Positions 1-12,009 of a stretch of DNA of 64,000 bases are shown here, one piece after another. A program made the position numbers and the translations under genes. Location of the stretch: the NCBI GenBank assembly GCA_937625935.1, contig OW569357.1, positions 124,001 to 188,000 on the forward strand. Direction: 5' to 3'. The notes beneath the pieces are model-generated. The model was not told the origin of the DNA. It made no database searches and saw nothing but the letters and a program-made list of their open reading frames with translations. This stretch comes from Tetramitus jugosus (Eukaryota > Protista > Heterolobosea). The stretch's first letter is position 1. Each line of letters starts with the position of its first letter.

Positions 1-1
1 G

Positions 2-2591
2 ACTCAATTGGCTCATAGCTTAAAACTTTCGCATCATCATCATCATCAACCATCATTGGCATCACACAACAATGATGCTTCCTCATCAAGCACACAACAA
101 CAACAACAACAACCGCCATCACATTTGTTATCTCCTAGTCATCATCATCATCACCACCACCATACACATCATCATCATAGTGTGTTTGGTCTGCACACAA
201 AAGAAATTCCAAAATCGCCAAAATCACCCAAATCACCACACACTGCTTATACACCTCGCTTGTCATCATCACCATCATCAACAACAGCGACAACCAATAC
301 TAACAACAACAACAATAGTCCTGTTGTTGTTGCAAGTGCATCGAATCAACAATTACCCAATCATTCTCTATCCACTTTACCATCATCCATAAGCAGTAAT
401 CACATTAACAACAATAGCAATAGTGGTAGTAGTAGTGACAGTAGTGCAACAACATCATCATCAGATACATATCACACGTACACGCACAGAAATGAATGGC
501 ACACACCAGCACGTAAAAAACTAAAGTTTACCATTGGGATCAATGAAGAATCATCTTCATCAATCATTGATCAAAACAACAGCAACAACATGAACAATAT
601 CAATACTCATCATTCATTGATGATGGCAATGACAGATGAAGTCATCAATAACACTCCCTCTGACACTACAAGTATTACTCCTATTATTAGTTCAATGAGT
701 ATGACGAGTCACGATGATGATGATGATGATGGTGCAAAGAATGTATTTGGATCTTCTACTACTATAAGTACCCCTACTGTCAGTGCTTGCAATGCAGCAG
801 TTGCGCAAGTGTCCACTACTGTGACTACCTCTATTAGTGATGATGATGGTGATGAATGCTCCTTGTCAAGTGAAATGGTGGATGAAAATAATACAATTGT
901 AACATCAACAACACCATCAACATCAACAAAAGCACCACCATCATCATCATCAATCGGTTCACTATCCTCTCAAATTCCAAAGTTTTATTTTCCAAAAGCT
1001 ACGTTGAACAAATCGGCGGCGGCGATCGCGACAGAGCAGCCATCACTGCTCAGCATTCCACAGAGTAGTCATGCCGAATCGAGAGCATTGTTGCGTAACG
1101 TGCGCCGAATATTTGCAGAGTTTGGAGATGAGTTGACAAGTGAGTCTTTTGAAGAAGTGTGTCAAGCAATGCAAGTACCAGATTTGTATTCACTTGTTTT
1201 CTTTAGGAATGATGAGAACAAAACATTGAGTTGGCGTCAATTCGAACCGTATGTGTTGTCATTATTTATGTTTCATGTGTTGTGTTCTGCTTTGCTTTGC
1301 TTGTAGTGTGTATTGTGTTTGTGCATGTCTCACACTTGTACAATGATTCTTTTGTTTGTTCAACGATAGATTTTTCAATCAGTACTTGCTTCTGAACTCT
1401 CCCATGACAAGGTTGTTTCACATGCTTCGAAATCCGCTCTTTAATCCGAGTGCAGCGAATCGCAATTATTTGACACCATTGGACTTTGAGCCATTGTTGA
1501 CCTATTTGTTGGACATGCATGAAGGATTGTCCTTTTTGCAAGCCACATCCACATTTCAAAACATGTATAGTCAAACAGTGATTTTGCGCATCTTCTTTGC
1601 TTGTACAGGTCATTTGATACGGTGTAACATGACTGAGCGGTTAGACAATGATTCAACAGCGGCATCATTGGCAACATCAAAAACACAAATGATTATGCAT
1701 CATCGTGAGTTTGTGAATCGAAAGATTGGTCAAGTACTATTGTCTATACCGGACTGTGATAATTTCCCCAATGGAGAAACACACTTCTTCTCCTATGAAC
1801 AATTTTATGTCATTTATGTGCATTTTTGGGAATTGGACAGTCAGCACACGTTTCAAATCAAGTTGAATCAAATGGGATTCACAGATTACTGTATGCAGCG
1901 AATTAAGGCCGAATTGGCACCGAACAGCCGAACAAGTGACTCTTCATCGCCTGGTGAGTTAATTATTGATTACAATAATTTTGTACAATTATTTTTATCG
2001 GTGAATGATCCGAGTGATTGCTATGGGAGTTTTGAGTTTTGGTGGGAGTTGTTTACGCCTGAGAAGACTGGATTCATTCATTTACCCACATTGAAATCGT
2101 TTTGGAACAGTTTACAGAGACAGATCCGATTAGAGTATCAAGGAGCAGACTCTGTCAGCAGTGAAGATTCCAATGAAATGAACAGCCAGGGTACAGAAAC
2201 GGTTGCTTGGGCAATTATCGAACGTCAGATCAAAGATTTGTGGAACATTACTGATTTGAGCAACATACCGAAGAATGCAGTTCGTAAGGCATGCGTGGGC
2301 AGCAGTGGCCTCGGTTGTAATGTGTTTCTCATGTTATCATCTGTGAATGGATGGATGGACATGGAGAGAACGGGAGGTGGTGTTAGAAAGAGCTTTGCTG
2401 AATGGTCTGCTGGTGAATATGAACGATTGGCATCGGGAGACGAAGAGGAAAGTCAGACAGAAGACGACAACTCCAATAGCGGTGGTTTTATGGAGGATGA
2501 CCTATTGAGTGACGACGCTGCAATGGATGATGATGAATCGATTGGTCACGAACTAGAAGATGACGATGATTATGATATGAATGCCGATTAA
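2..2591 (+). CDS. PP2A regulatory subunit B'' (PPP2R3-like) with long low-complexity N-terminus; probably 5'-partial; intron 1249-1369
   Basis: Motifs IPKFYFP, YLTPLDFEPLL..LLDMHEGLSFL, FSYEQFYVIYVHFWELD typical of B''/PR72. GTATGT...TAG intron joins ORFs 8..1306 and 1356..2591 in frame. Frame is open to the window edge. Confidence 0.8.
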
Positions 2592-2669
2592 AGTGCCCAT
2601 GGCACCATTTTACTTCTTTTCGTCGAGCATAGAAAGATTTATTACCATAACATACATATTTTCATATCA

Positions 2670-3494
2670 TTAGCAATAGATGTCGTCGCTTGATGTATCA
2701 GATTCTGAAGAAGAATGATGAATCATGAATTGATCGTCTCCATCCGATCTGGTCAAGTACTTTTGGGCATGACTGGCTACTTGTGATCTCATTCTAGTTG
2801 TGACATATTCTCTCGAAATTTTGGACCAATCCCTGCCACATTCTTGGTAGGCCTTGAGAAAGAGATCATGTTCCTCCTTGGTCCATCTTCCATGATTGTA
2901 CATCTTGTCTTTGTGACGTCTCTGTCTCCTTGGTTTACCAATACCCTGAGTGTGATTGGCAGAGGATTGAGCAACCTTGGTTGGCTGCTTTTGGCGGATA
3001 GCTCTACCGACTGATTGATCATCTGTATCGGCATTAGACGACAATTGAACCAGGGAAGAAGATGTTAAGTGTTGTTTGCTCAAATGAGAAATAATTCCTT
3101 GAGAATCAATCGCTTTATGACTCGATGAGCGATGAGATATGCCAATTGAATGTTGAGTAGTTGGTATTGATTGTGGCTCTATTATTACTGAGGGTACCCG
3201 AGATTTCTCTGCTGCTTCACCATTAATTTCTCTTATGTTTGGGTAATTTGCTACATGGGAATGACCTGATGGAGAATACATCTTATTCAACGACTTCTTT
3301 CCTCCAATGAACCTATAGTGTAAGGTTCCTGGTGTCGGAGGTTGGATGTTGACCACTGGTTCGAGTAATATTCGACTCTGGTTTTGACAGTAATAAACTC
3401 GATCTGTGGTAGCACTCATTGGAGAGTTGATCAGGTACATCGAAGGCTTTCGGAATTGTGTAGATATGCAAATAGATGGAAGAGCAGTTGTCAT
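2670..3494 (-). CDS. Myb-related SHAQKY-class transcription factor (start uncertain)
   Basis: GRWTKEEHDLFLKAYQECGRDWSKIS...RSQVASHAQKY single Myb repeat near the C-terminus. Confidence 0.8.
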   Translation of the reverse strand: MTTALPSICISTQFRKPSMYLINSPMSATTDRVYYCQNQSRILLEPVVNIQPPTPGTLHYRFIGGKKSLNKMYSPSGHSHVANYPNIREINGEAAEKSRVPSVIIEPQSIPTTQHSIGISHRSSSHKAIDSQGIISHLSKQHLTSSSLVQLSSNADTDDQSVGRAIRQKQPTKVAQSSANHTQGIGKPRRQRRHKDKMYNHGRWTKEEHDLFLKAYQECGRDWSKISREYVTTRMRSQVASHAQKYLTRSDGDDQFMIHHSSSESDTSSDDIYC

Positions 3495-4341
3495 GTTCGT
3501 ATGTGTCTGTTGCATTTGCTGATGGATTGCTGTGAGACTACTTGTTGTGATATCCTTGCAATTCGAGATACGGATGGACCTTTTATAAGGATAAGGATTT
3601 TGGCTGTGCGTTCCCCTCGTATGCTGTGATATCCAGTGATTACATATGTCACCATCTTGACATAAATAAGCACAACAGAAGATGCATGTCAGGAAGGTGT
3701 CTTGTTGTCTCAAAGAAATCTCAGGGAGGCGACATGTACAAATCAGCAATCCTTCATCCGGTTTCCTTCGGAATGTGCTCCTTCTTGAGTAAATCAACTC
3801 GCGTGATGTTAGATTCAAATTTATACTATGGCCAAGAAACCCTTTTCTATTGAACCACAACACACGGATGGGTATCGCCAGTCAACACAAAAATTTGGAG
3901 CTTTTTTCGTTCTGCTTCTACGTGGATCTGACTTTGGATAACATCGTCCGGTCGGTTTGACTGACTAATGAATTGAGCCAAGTTAGTGTAAGAACGAATT
4001 AGCTCTTTGTCCTTTTTCAAACGCACTCCGTGACCGGTATAATGACGTCATAAATGAAGCATTTTCATCTTGAAGTGATGAGTAAGAATCCAAAATAATA
4101 TGAGATTTAAATTGAAGTGTTAAGTAACCTTCCGAATTTATTGATAAATCGTAGTTTAGACACTGAAATTCGAGGGCTCTCCTGGTGTTGCGCTTCCCAG
4201 CACCCGATTTTCTCTTCCCTTACCGATTCTTGTACGCTGACAAGCTGGAGGCATCATGAATCTCTGCTATGAATGTCTTTTCTGCATTGAATTGATGAAC
4301 TGGCGCAGCTATTGAGACGGTCTTTCGATCACCAAAGAACT

Positions 4342-5712
4342 CTAATCACGTATTATCTGAACGTACAATGGGCCATGCGTACGCAAGATCATATTGTCCG
4401 AATATTCATCTGGTGAGTCTTGATCTTCATTGATAAGGATCTGTGCTACAACACGAAATGATCCAGATAAATTTGTGCTCGATAAAACAGTTAACTCTCC
4501 AGAGACTACAGTTCGGGGTTGATCCTTTGGAATTGATATTCGCCTGTTGAGATGTGATAGTACCTTACCAGATGCTGGATGAGACACGATGACTCGCAAG
4601 TTTAACTCCATGAGATGTTCAGCATAACCAATATTTAACTGCTCTGGCACCATGGCAGTAAAAGTGAATGTCACAGGCTGCATGAGCGATGTGACGTATC
4701 TACCTGCACGAACAATATTGGGAGTGACTGAGAAAGTTGTTTTTAGGCCCTCGATTGCCCTTTGCAACAGATCATCTCGAACAGGAGGAGGTAAATCACC
4801 TTGCCATTGCCTAGGAGCAAATGCATCAAGTGAAGAATCCGTGTACGCAACTGGATCTAAGGGATTGTGTCGGTATGCATTCGGATCGTTCTTATCAAAC
4901 TTCATACGCTTGTATCTGTTCCGATAGAATAGCTCTTCAGTCGATAATGCATTGGCAGCATTCAAACTCCTCAAAGGGACAATGAATCCAACTTGCCGCA
5001 GCCCCTCCTGTCTCAACTTGTTCCTTATTGTTGGTAATGTCTCTGAATAGAGCTCTTGGATTGATCCAGGAGAAGATTGTTCTGGGGAGTACACTTGAAG
5101 TGGATTGTCTGAACGTTCTACAGAATCTTTTGAACGCCGAGAATGAAAGGTATGACACGCATATCGATCCAGCAGCTACTCAATATTTTGCGAAACAATG
5201 ATACATAGGAGTGAGAATGATCTTTCTTTGGGATCAATGACAAAATGCAGAATACGTACCCCTGGTTTGTTATTTGTAGGGATAGATTGAATCTCCTCAG
5301 TGTTATCCACCTGGTAGTGAGTAGTGTCACTGTTATTGTCTTCAAGAGGTGTCGAATCAGGAAAAGTCCACTTGGGAACATTTTGTATGGCTGCAGATCT
5401 ACTGCCTTGATTCGTTCGTCGTTGTGCACCATCCTCTGATCCTCTTTTCGAGTACAGCAGCATCAGATCTTGTTGTGTCATTGGATCTGGATGCTTGATT
5501 TGCAATGTTTGTGCATCAATCTCATCAAAAGGATTGATCTTTGAACGGATAATGAGCTGTGGTAGTGTCCTTGAGGAGTCAGAAGAATCAATCTCATCAT
5601 TCTCATGTGCATTCATCAAATCGGATTGCAACTCTTGTTCTTCAACAGTTAATCTGTTGTTGGACGGTATCGACGTCGATGGTACGTCATGGGAAGAATT
5701 GACTTGTGCCAT
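4342..5712 (-). CDS. Uncharacterised protein; intron 5176-5259
   Basis: ORFs 5176..5850 and 4342..5094 are in the same frame. An 84-nt GTACGT...GAGTAG intron removes the intervening TAG. ATG at 5712 lies downstream of an E2F-like site. Confidence 0.55.
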
Positions 5713-5784
5713 GGAAGGAATCAAGGAATGAGCCAGAGTCAACCGTGGAAACAACTGTGCAGGATTGAATTTACAAAAAGCAAA

Positions 5785-5798
5785 TTTTGGCGCGAAAA
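5785..5798. promoter_or_regulatory. E2F-like site TTTTGGCGCGAAAA
   Basis: Matches the E2F consensus TTTSSCGC; about 75 bp upstream of ATG 5712; exact reverse complement of the motif at 7284-7297. Confidence 0.45.
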
Positions 5799-6006
5799 AA
5801 GAATCAGTAAAGTAACAAAAAATGGAACGTATCAGAGAAGATGATTGCATTGTTTACACACATACGAATTGAAGCACTTCCTTTGATCCAATCATGATTG
5901 TTCCTTTTTCTATGTTTGATTTTCAAGATGAAAACTCCGAATTTCTGGTTTTATCAACAAGGCAGAAATTAGATCTAGATAGTTACTGGTGTGTATGAAA
6001 CTTGTT

Positions 6007-7185
6007 CTACTTGATTTTGAGGCCACCTACTTGTACCTTGCGCTTCTTCATTGCAGGGTTCAATAAATTCTGTGGTGCTTTTCTCTTGGCTCTGTTTGCT
6101 GCATTGCGGGATTGAGATGAGTTCTCCTTCTCTCCTTGTTGACCCACAGTGACATCAAAAGGTGTGTCAGTGGATATTGCGCGACCAGGTTGAGAAGAAA
6201 ATAGAGCCAATCTATCCTCTGATAACATGAGTTTCTGCTTAACTTCTTGTAGCTCTCTGTTTAAGTCTTGTAAAATCTTTTGATCTTTGAGCCTCCGATT
6301 GTACAATTCTGATGAGTAATGCGTCTGATCAAACACAAAAGAGACCATCCTCTCAGAATATTGAGTATGTGAACGAATGGCACATAGCTCAAACTCATAC
6401 TTGAGTCGCACCAGAGACCCCATGTTATCAGTGCCCGATGAAGCTAAGGGACTCACTAATGTTAGCTTCATTAGATCCTTTGATTCATCTTCATAAGAAA
6501 TAGTTACAGCCTTACTACCATCGTCAAAATCAGTTAACTGCCCATAAATATGAATAGCATAGTGTATCTGTCTCAGATATGTCTCCCAACTCAAATTGTT
6601 CATTCCCATATCTGATTTGTGCTTCAACAAATCTTCAAAAGTAGCTTCCATTTCATATAACTCGTCCAAAACGTTTGTACATACAATCAAAATGCGAGGA
6701 ACGACATCCTTGCGAATCGCATTACCCGATATTCCCCTTTCAAGTGTTTGCTTGATCGTAGAATGAATCTGTGTTCCAGAAACGGTTGTCATGTGAGATG
6801 GTAAATTTGCCAACAATGATAATGTATCTAACTGCACAGTTCCACCACCACCTTCTGGTGATTGCCCCTTGATGCATTGATTCAATGTACAGTTTGAAGT
6901 TGTCACCGCAATTGTATCTTTCGAAATGGGATGAATAACAGGTGTAACAACACGCATACTGACGAACCAAGGTGCACTCTTTGGTTTGGGTGTTTGTCTA
7001 GGTGCTGTGACAAAATTTGGTTGTCCCTTGTAACTCTTGAAAATCGATTCAAGTGAAATGACAGTTCGTATGTACTCTGTCAAATCTCGTTTTCTCGCAA
7101 ATGATTCATAGGAGTCATCGTCATTATCTCCTTCATTGTCACTCAAGGATGGAGGAGTGATTTGTGGTCCAAAGAAATCATCCAT
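6007..7185 (-). CDS. XRCC4/XLF/PAXX-family-like protein (head + coiled coil + PAXX-like C-terminal motif)
   Basis: Coiled coil followed by C-terminal NLLNPAMKKRKVQVGG, resembling the PAXX Ku-binding motif (SLINPGFKSKK..GG). Confidence 0.45.
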   Translation of the reverse strand: MDDFFGPQITPPSLSDNEGDNDDDSYESFARKRDLTEYIRTVISLESIFKSYKGQPNFVTAPRQTPKPKSAPWFVSMRVVTPVIHPISKDTIAVTTSNCTLNQCIKGQSPEGGGGTVQLDTLSLLANLPSHMTTVSGTQIHSTIKQTLERGISGNAIRKDVVPRILIVCTNVLDELYEMEATFEDLLKHKSDMGMNNLSWETYLRQIHYAIHIYGQLTDFDDGSKAVTISYEDESKDLMKLTLVSPLASSGTDNMGSLVRLKYEFELCAIRSHTQYSERMVSFVFDQTHYSSELYNRRLKDQKILQDLNRELQEVKQKLMLSEDRLALFSSQPGRAISTDTPFDVTVGQQGEKENSSQSRNAANRAKRKAPQNLLNPAMKKRKVQVGGLKIK

Positions 7186-7283
7186 TTTGTTTTGCTGGCG
7201 AAAGGTGTTGCTTCTCTTTGTTTTTATTCAATTTCCTGGTGGAACAGCACGTTTTGTGTAACGGTACAAAATTCGGGGACATA

Positions 7284-7297
7284 TTTTCGCGCCAAAA
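7284..7297. promoter_or_regulatory. E2F-like site TTTTCGCGCCAAAA
   Basis: About 100 bp upstream of the PAXX-like ATG (7185). Confidence 0.45.
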
Positions 7298-7310
7298 TAA
7301 TACAATGACT

Positions 7311-8387
7311 TCATTCCTCTTCAGTGTCTGAACGAAGAATGTCCTCGTATTCGTCCTTCTCCTCAGGAATTTCACCATGCACAAACAGGGTGGTTTTTGG
7401 GTGTTCACTTGGTTTCTTCACCTCAACAGTAATCACTGGCTTTGACTCCTCCTCGACCAGTAGCTCATCAGGCACTGCCTCCTTTTTTGTTGGAGCAGAA
7501 GATGAACGAGCAACAGCAGTTGACACCTCCTCCACGTTAAACAATGGAACATCAGCAGTCACAATCAACTTCTCCTTTGTGAACCTTGCATACGTAAAAT
7601 AGAGACAAGCCACAACCAACAGAGTCAATGGAATTCGAATCACAGGGTACCACAATGGTGTCAACCGAATACTCCACACGAACAAATCTAGCATCAAAAC
7701 CAATGAAAAACCACCCATGAGCAACCAAATAGCAGTCGATTGATCATCTGTGTTCAATGCAGCCCAAGAAACAACCAAAGGCAACACACCACTCACAGTA
7801 TATTGAAACCAGTCATGAGTCCTTGTTCGATTCTCACCACTTGAGCCATCACCTCGACGGTAGCGTGCCATTGCAAGTCCCCAATGAACAGCGCCCAAAA
7901 ACGGCAACAACACAATAGCAAAAGTGATTTGTGCATTCACAATCGTTTCCATGTATGCGTTCATGAGAAAATCAGGTGTGCAGTGAGGAGCTGCAATCGG
8001 AATGAGACCAAACACGCTCAGTGTCAATGCTGGTTTTGGTATGCCGAGGAATGTAGGAGTTTTGGAAGGTGGTGGTACTGATAGTGTTGGTGGGTTCGTT
8101 GATTTGGCATTCCCTATCAATTCAATATGTTTTTGATTGAGAGCTTTCGAGTGATATGCATTAGAGTTGTTGTTACTCAGAGTCTTGGCACTGGTGGTGA
8201 TTTCCGATCGCTGTTGATGATCACAAAGCGACAAAGGAGAAAATAATTTTACAGTTCGGAAGGATTGGGCGGGAGATGGGGAGTGGGCAATCACAAACAA
8301 AGGATGGTTACAATTCCGTGTTGTTGTGGTTGTTGTTTTGTACAAGGATTTGGTGGGTAGGATGATGGATTGATGACGACGAAGCAT
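7311..8387 (-). CDS. TMEM69/DUF3429 membrane protein with mitochondrial-type presequence
   Basis: FLGAVHWGLAM motif, P.WY..IR.PLT motif, several TM helices. Confidence 0.75.
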   Translation of the reverse strand: MLRRHQSIILPTKSLYKTTTTTTRNCNHPLFVIAHSPSPAQSFRTVKLFSPLSLCDHQQRSEITTSAKTLSNNNSNAYHSKALNQKHIELIGNAKSTNPPTLSVPPPSKTPTFLGIPKPALTLSVFGLIPIAAPHCTPDFLMNAYMETIVNAQITFAIVLLPFLGAVHWGLAMARYRRGDGSSGENRTRTHDWFQYTVSGVLPLVVSWAALNTDDQSTAIWLLMGGFSLVLMLDLFVWSIRLTPLWYPVIRIPLTLLVVACLYFTYARFTKEKLIVTADVPLFNVEEVSTAVARSSSAPTKKEAVPDELLVEEESKPVITVEVKKPSEHPKTTLFVHGEIPEEKDEYEDILRSDTEEE

Positions 8388-8789
8388 TTTCTTTGCTAGG
8401 GGTTTGATTCTTGTTTGGTCAGTGAATTTATTTTTGTTGGATCTAAAGCGATCTGGCAGTCGGACATTTTCATGGCGTTGGGAAGAGAACAAAATCTTGA
8501 CGACCTTGTCTTGTTCTTGATCTTTGATCTCTCTATAGGATGTCGTGTGTCATGCAACCTTTTTCTTCATATTCACCATTCATGACGTGTGGTTCAATTT
8601 GATCAATGAAGCTGACGTGGTTGTCTTCCACCCCTTTTACAAAAAAAAGTTTCCAATCCCGCCGTGGGAACGCGATGATCTCCACCACTGTTTCTCGACT
8701 TTCACAACAAAAACGCTTTCCCTTGAACTTTGCTCTCTTACACATTAGCAAAACAATCATTTTCATCAGCAACAACAAAAAACAACAAA

Positions 8790-10309
8790 ATGGGCAAGTC
8801 ACCTACATTTTTGCAGTCGCTGAAACCAGCAATGCAACTCATTCCTGAGGTCTCTCGACCTCTCAAGGAAATCCGTTTCCAAGACAAGGTCCTCTGGACT
8901 GCTGTCTCTCTATTTATCTATCTTGTGTGCTGCCAAATTCCAGTGTACGGTATTAGAGCTGCTTCTGGAAGTGATCCATTCTACTGGATGCGTGTCATTT
9001 TGGCCTCGAATAAGGGTACTTTGATGGAGTTGGGTATTTCCCCAGTTGTGACTGCTGGTTTGATTATCCAATTGATTGCTGGTGCAAAGTTGATTACTAT
9101 TGACGAGAGATCTGAAGAGGATCGTGCTTTGTTGAACGGTGCTCAAAAATGTATGCATTCTTGTACTCGTTTACAATATTTTTTACATTAGCAACAGCGA
9201 TACTCACACCTTTTTTTTTGTTGATCACAGTGCTTGGTTTGGTTATGACTATTATTGAAGCTGTTGCTTATGTTTCTGCTGGCATGTACGGTGATGTGAG
9301 AGAGATTGGTATTGTGACATCTTTGTTGATTGTTCTCCAATTGTTCATTGCTGGTATCATTTGTCTCTTGTTGGACGAAATGTTGCAAAACGGATATGGT
9401 TTGGGAAGTGGTATCTCTCTGTTTATTGCTACCAACATTTGTGAGACTATTGTCTGGAAGTCCTTCTCCCCAAGTACTGTCAACACTGGTCGTGGTACTG
9501 AATTTGAAGGTGCCGTCGTTGCTTTGTTCCACATGTTGCTTACCAGAAGTGACAAGGTTAGAGCTTTGAAGGAAGCTTTCTATCGTCCAAACTTGCCAAA
9601 CATTACCAACTTGTTGGCTACCGTTTTGGTCTTTTTGATTGTCATTTACTTCCAAGGATTCAGAATTGAATTGCCAATTCGTTCCACTCAGCAAAAGGCC
9701 GGTGTTGGTACATACCCAATCAAGTTGTTCTACACCAGCAACATGCCAATCATTCTCCAAACTGCTTTGGTCTCTCAATTGTTCTTGTTCTCTCAAGTCT
9801 TGTACAAGAGATTCGGTGACAACATTTTGATCAACTTGTTGGGCAGATGGGACATTTCTCAATACGGATCTGGACAATCTGTTCCAGTTGGTGGATTGGT
9901 CTACTATATTTCCCCACCATCAAACTTGAACGAAATGGTCAGTGATCCAATTCACGCATTGATCTACATTGCATTCATGTTGACCTCTTGTGCATTGTTC
10001 TCCAGAATCTGGATCAATGTTTCCGGAAGCAGTGCCAAGGATGTTGCTGAGGAGTTGAAGAGACAAAATATGGTCTTGAAGGGTCACAGAGAAATCAACA
10101 TGGAACACACCTTGAACAAGTATATTCCAACTGCTGCTGCATTCGGTGGCATGTGCATTGGTGCTTTGACCGTCATTGCTGACTTTTTGGGTGCTATTGG
10201 TAGTGGAACTGGTATCTTGTTGGCTGTCACCATCATTTACCAATACTTTGAAATGTTTGTGAAGGAAGAAATGTCTGGCATGTCCTTCAGCGCTCTTGGC
10301 CAAGAGTAA
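8790..10309 (+). CDS. SEC61A: Protein translocon subunit Sec61 alpha; intron 9151-9230
   Basis: [68 protein letters not shown]; GTATGC...CAG intron restores the frame. Confidence 0.97.
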
Positions 10310-10430
10310 TTGCAACAACTAGTGTGAACTAACTTTTGTATCAAACTGTAACGAATAAATAACAAATATAGAAATGTAAACAATGGCTTAGGAACAATTC
10401 TCATGCGCTTCGAGGCCAGCCGAAGAAAAC

Positions 10431-10472
10431 TTCCCGCCAAATCCAAAACGATGATCTGTTTGGCGCCCAAAA
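10431..10472. promoter_or_regulatory. Two E2F-like sites (TTCCCGCCAAA; TTTGGCGCCCAAAA)
   Basis: 50-90 bp upstream of the RFC4 ATG; RFC genes are classical E2F targets. Confidence 0.5.
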
Positions 10473-10521
10473 AAATTCAAGAAAAACAAAACCCCAACTC
10501 ACAGCCCTGGTTATCACACAA

Positions 10522-11761
10522 ATGAGTAGCTCCAAATCAAACAACACCAAACTCATTCCATGGGTTGAAAAATAGTGTGTATCCTTATTGTCTACGCATG
10601 TGCTGAGCAATCAGATTGAACATTTGAAAAACTAACACACCTGTTTCATAGCCGACCAAACACTGTGGACGATGTGGTGCACCAAGAGGAAGTTGTCAAG
10701 GCACTTCAACACTCTCTAGAAACAGCCAACTTGCCTCATTTGCTCTTCTATGGCCCACCAGGCACCGGAAAGGTTTGTCGTACAGCCAACTCTGAGCAGC
10801 CATTTTTTGTACTTTTGTCCATTCACACACATGCACTGACTCTCACACATCTATACCTCCATACAATGAATACAAACAGACGAGTACTATTCTTGCAATT
10901 GCTAAGCAATTGTTTGGTCCTGAACTGTTCAAGGATCGTGTACTCGAATTGAACGCTTCTGATGAACGTGGTATCAATGTCATCCGAACAAAGGTCAAAT
11001 CATTTGCTCAGATATCGGTCGGATCAGGCAAGCCAAACAAGAGTTACAAGTATCCATGTCCACCATTCAAGTTAATTATTCTGGATGAGGCAGATTCAAT
11101 GACAAGTGATGCACAAGCAGCACTCAGAAGAACAATGGAAACTTATTCCAATGTCACAAGATTCTGTCTCATTTGTAACTATGTCACAAAGATTATAGAG
11201 CCATTGACATCGAGATGTGCAAAGTTTAGATTCAAGAGTCTGGACTCTGATTTGATCATGGATCGATTGCAATTTATTGCACAAAAGGAGGGTCTTAAAG
11301 TATCTGATGCCTGTCTAACAAAGGTGATACAAGTGAGTGAAGGTGACTTGAGAAGAGCGATTACCACTCTGCAGAGTGCGAGTCGTATATTTGGTGACAA
11401 TGTTAGAGTGCAGGATATTACAGAGATCTCTGGTATCGTTCCCGATGAATCAGTGAGTCAATATTTGAACTGTAGTTTATCCAATGATTTTTCAAGGTTA
11501 CAAAAATATGTGACTCATTTAACTCACGAAGGTTACTCTGCTCAGCAGGTTCTGAGTCAATTGTCTGATATCTTGATCACAAATGATAAAATCTCAGGTG
11601 TGAACAAGGGTATAATATGTCTTGAGATTGCAGACGCAGAGAAGAGGCTTGTTGATGGTGCTGATGAATATTTGCAGTTGTTGCAAGTGGGTTCGTTAAT
11701 TATGAAGGTTAGTGGAGGCTCCGCATCAGGCAAGCGTGATGACCCAATGGAGATTGAATAA
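10522..11761 (+). CDS. RFC4: Replication factor C subunit 4 (yeast Rfc2 type); introns 10575-10651 and 10773-10879
   Basis: [49 protein letters not shown] motif; splice sites restore the frame. Confidence 0.93.
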
Positions 11762-12009
11762 TTGAATCAAAGTGATCGTTTTTATGTCAATATGGAGAAG
11801 CTATTGTGGAGAGCTGTGGATAATTGTCATTCTTGTCCCAATCTTCTCTTGCTCTTTGTCATTACGGGGTAATATAAATTTTGCTTTATTGTTCGGCACA
11901 TGTTGTTTTTCACTAAGCTTACAATGAGGAACCAAAGGAAGTATCTGAGCGAAATGAACCAAGAAAAGTACTTCAATTTATTTACAAACTGTTAAGGAAC
12001 AGTATTGAT

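Noticed and set aside
30-960. CAT/CAA trinucleotide runs (also at 15460-15910 and 57430-57620)
   Set aside because: Ordinary low-complexity His/Gln/Asn/Thr tracts and CAA-rich UTRs seen throughout this genome
4042-4051. ATGACGTCAT CRE-like palindrome (also at 60696-60705)
   Set aside because: Only two occurrences of a short motif; cannot be supported as functional from sequence alone
5176-5178. Single in-frame TAG between two long same-frame ORFs, suggesting stop readthrough or code reassignment
   Set aside because: An 84-nt phase-0 intron (GTACGT at 5259 to TAG at 5176, with a CTCAC branch-like site) removes it cleanly
9188-10318. Long antisense ORFs opposite Sec61 (also opposite HMGR and ATM1)
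   Set aside because: Shadow ORFs caused by codon bias of conserved genes; no recognisable motifs
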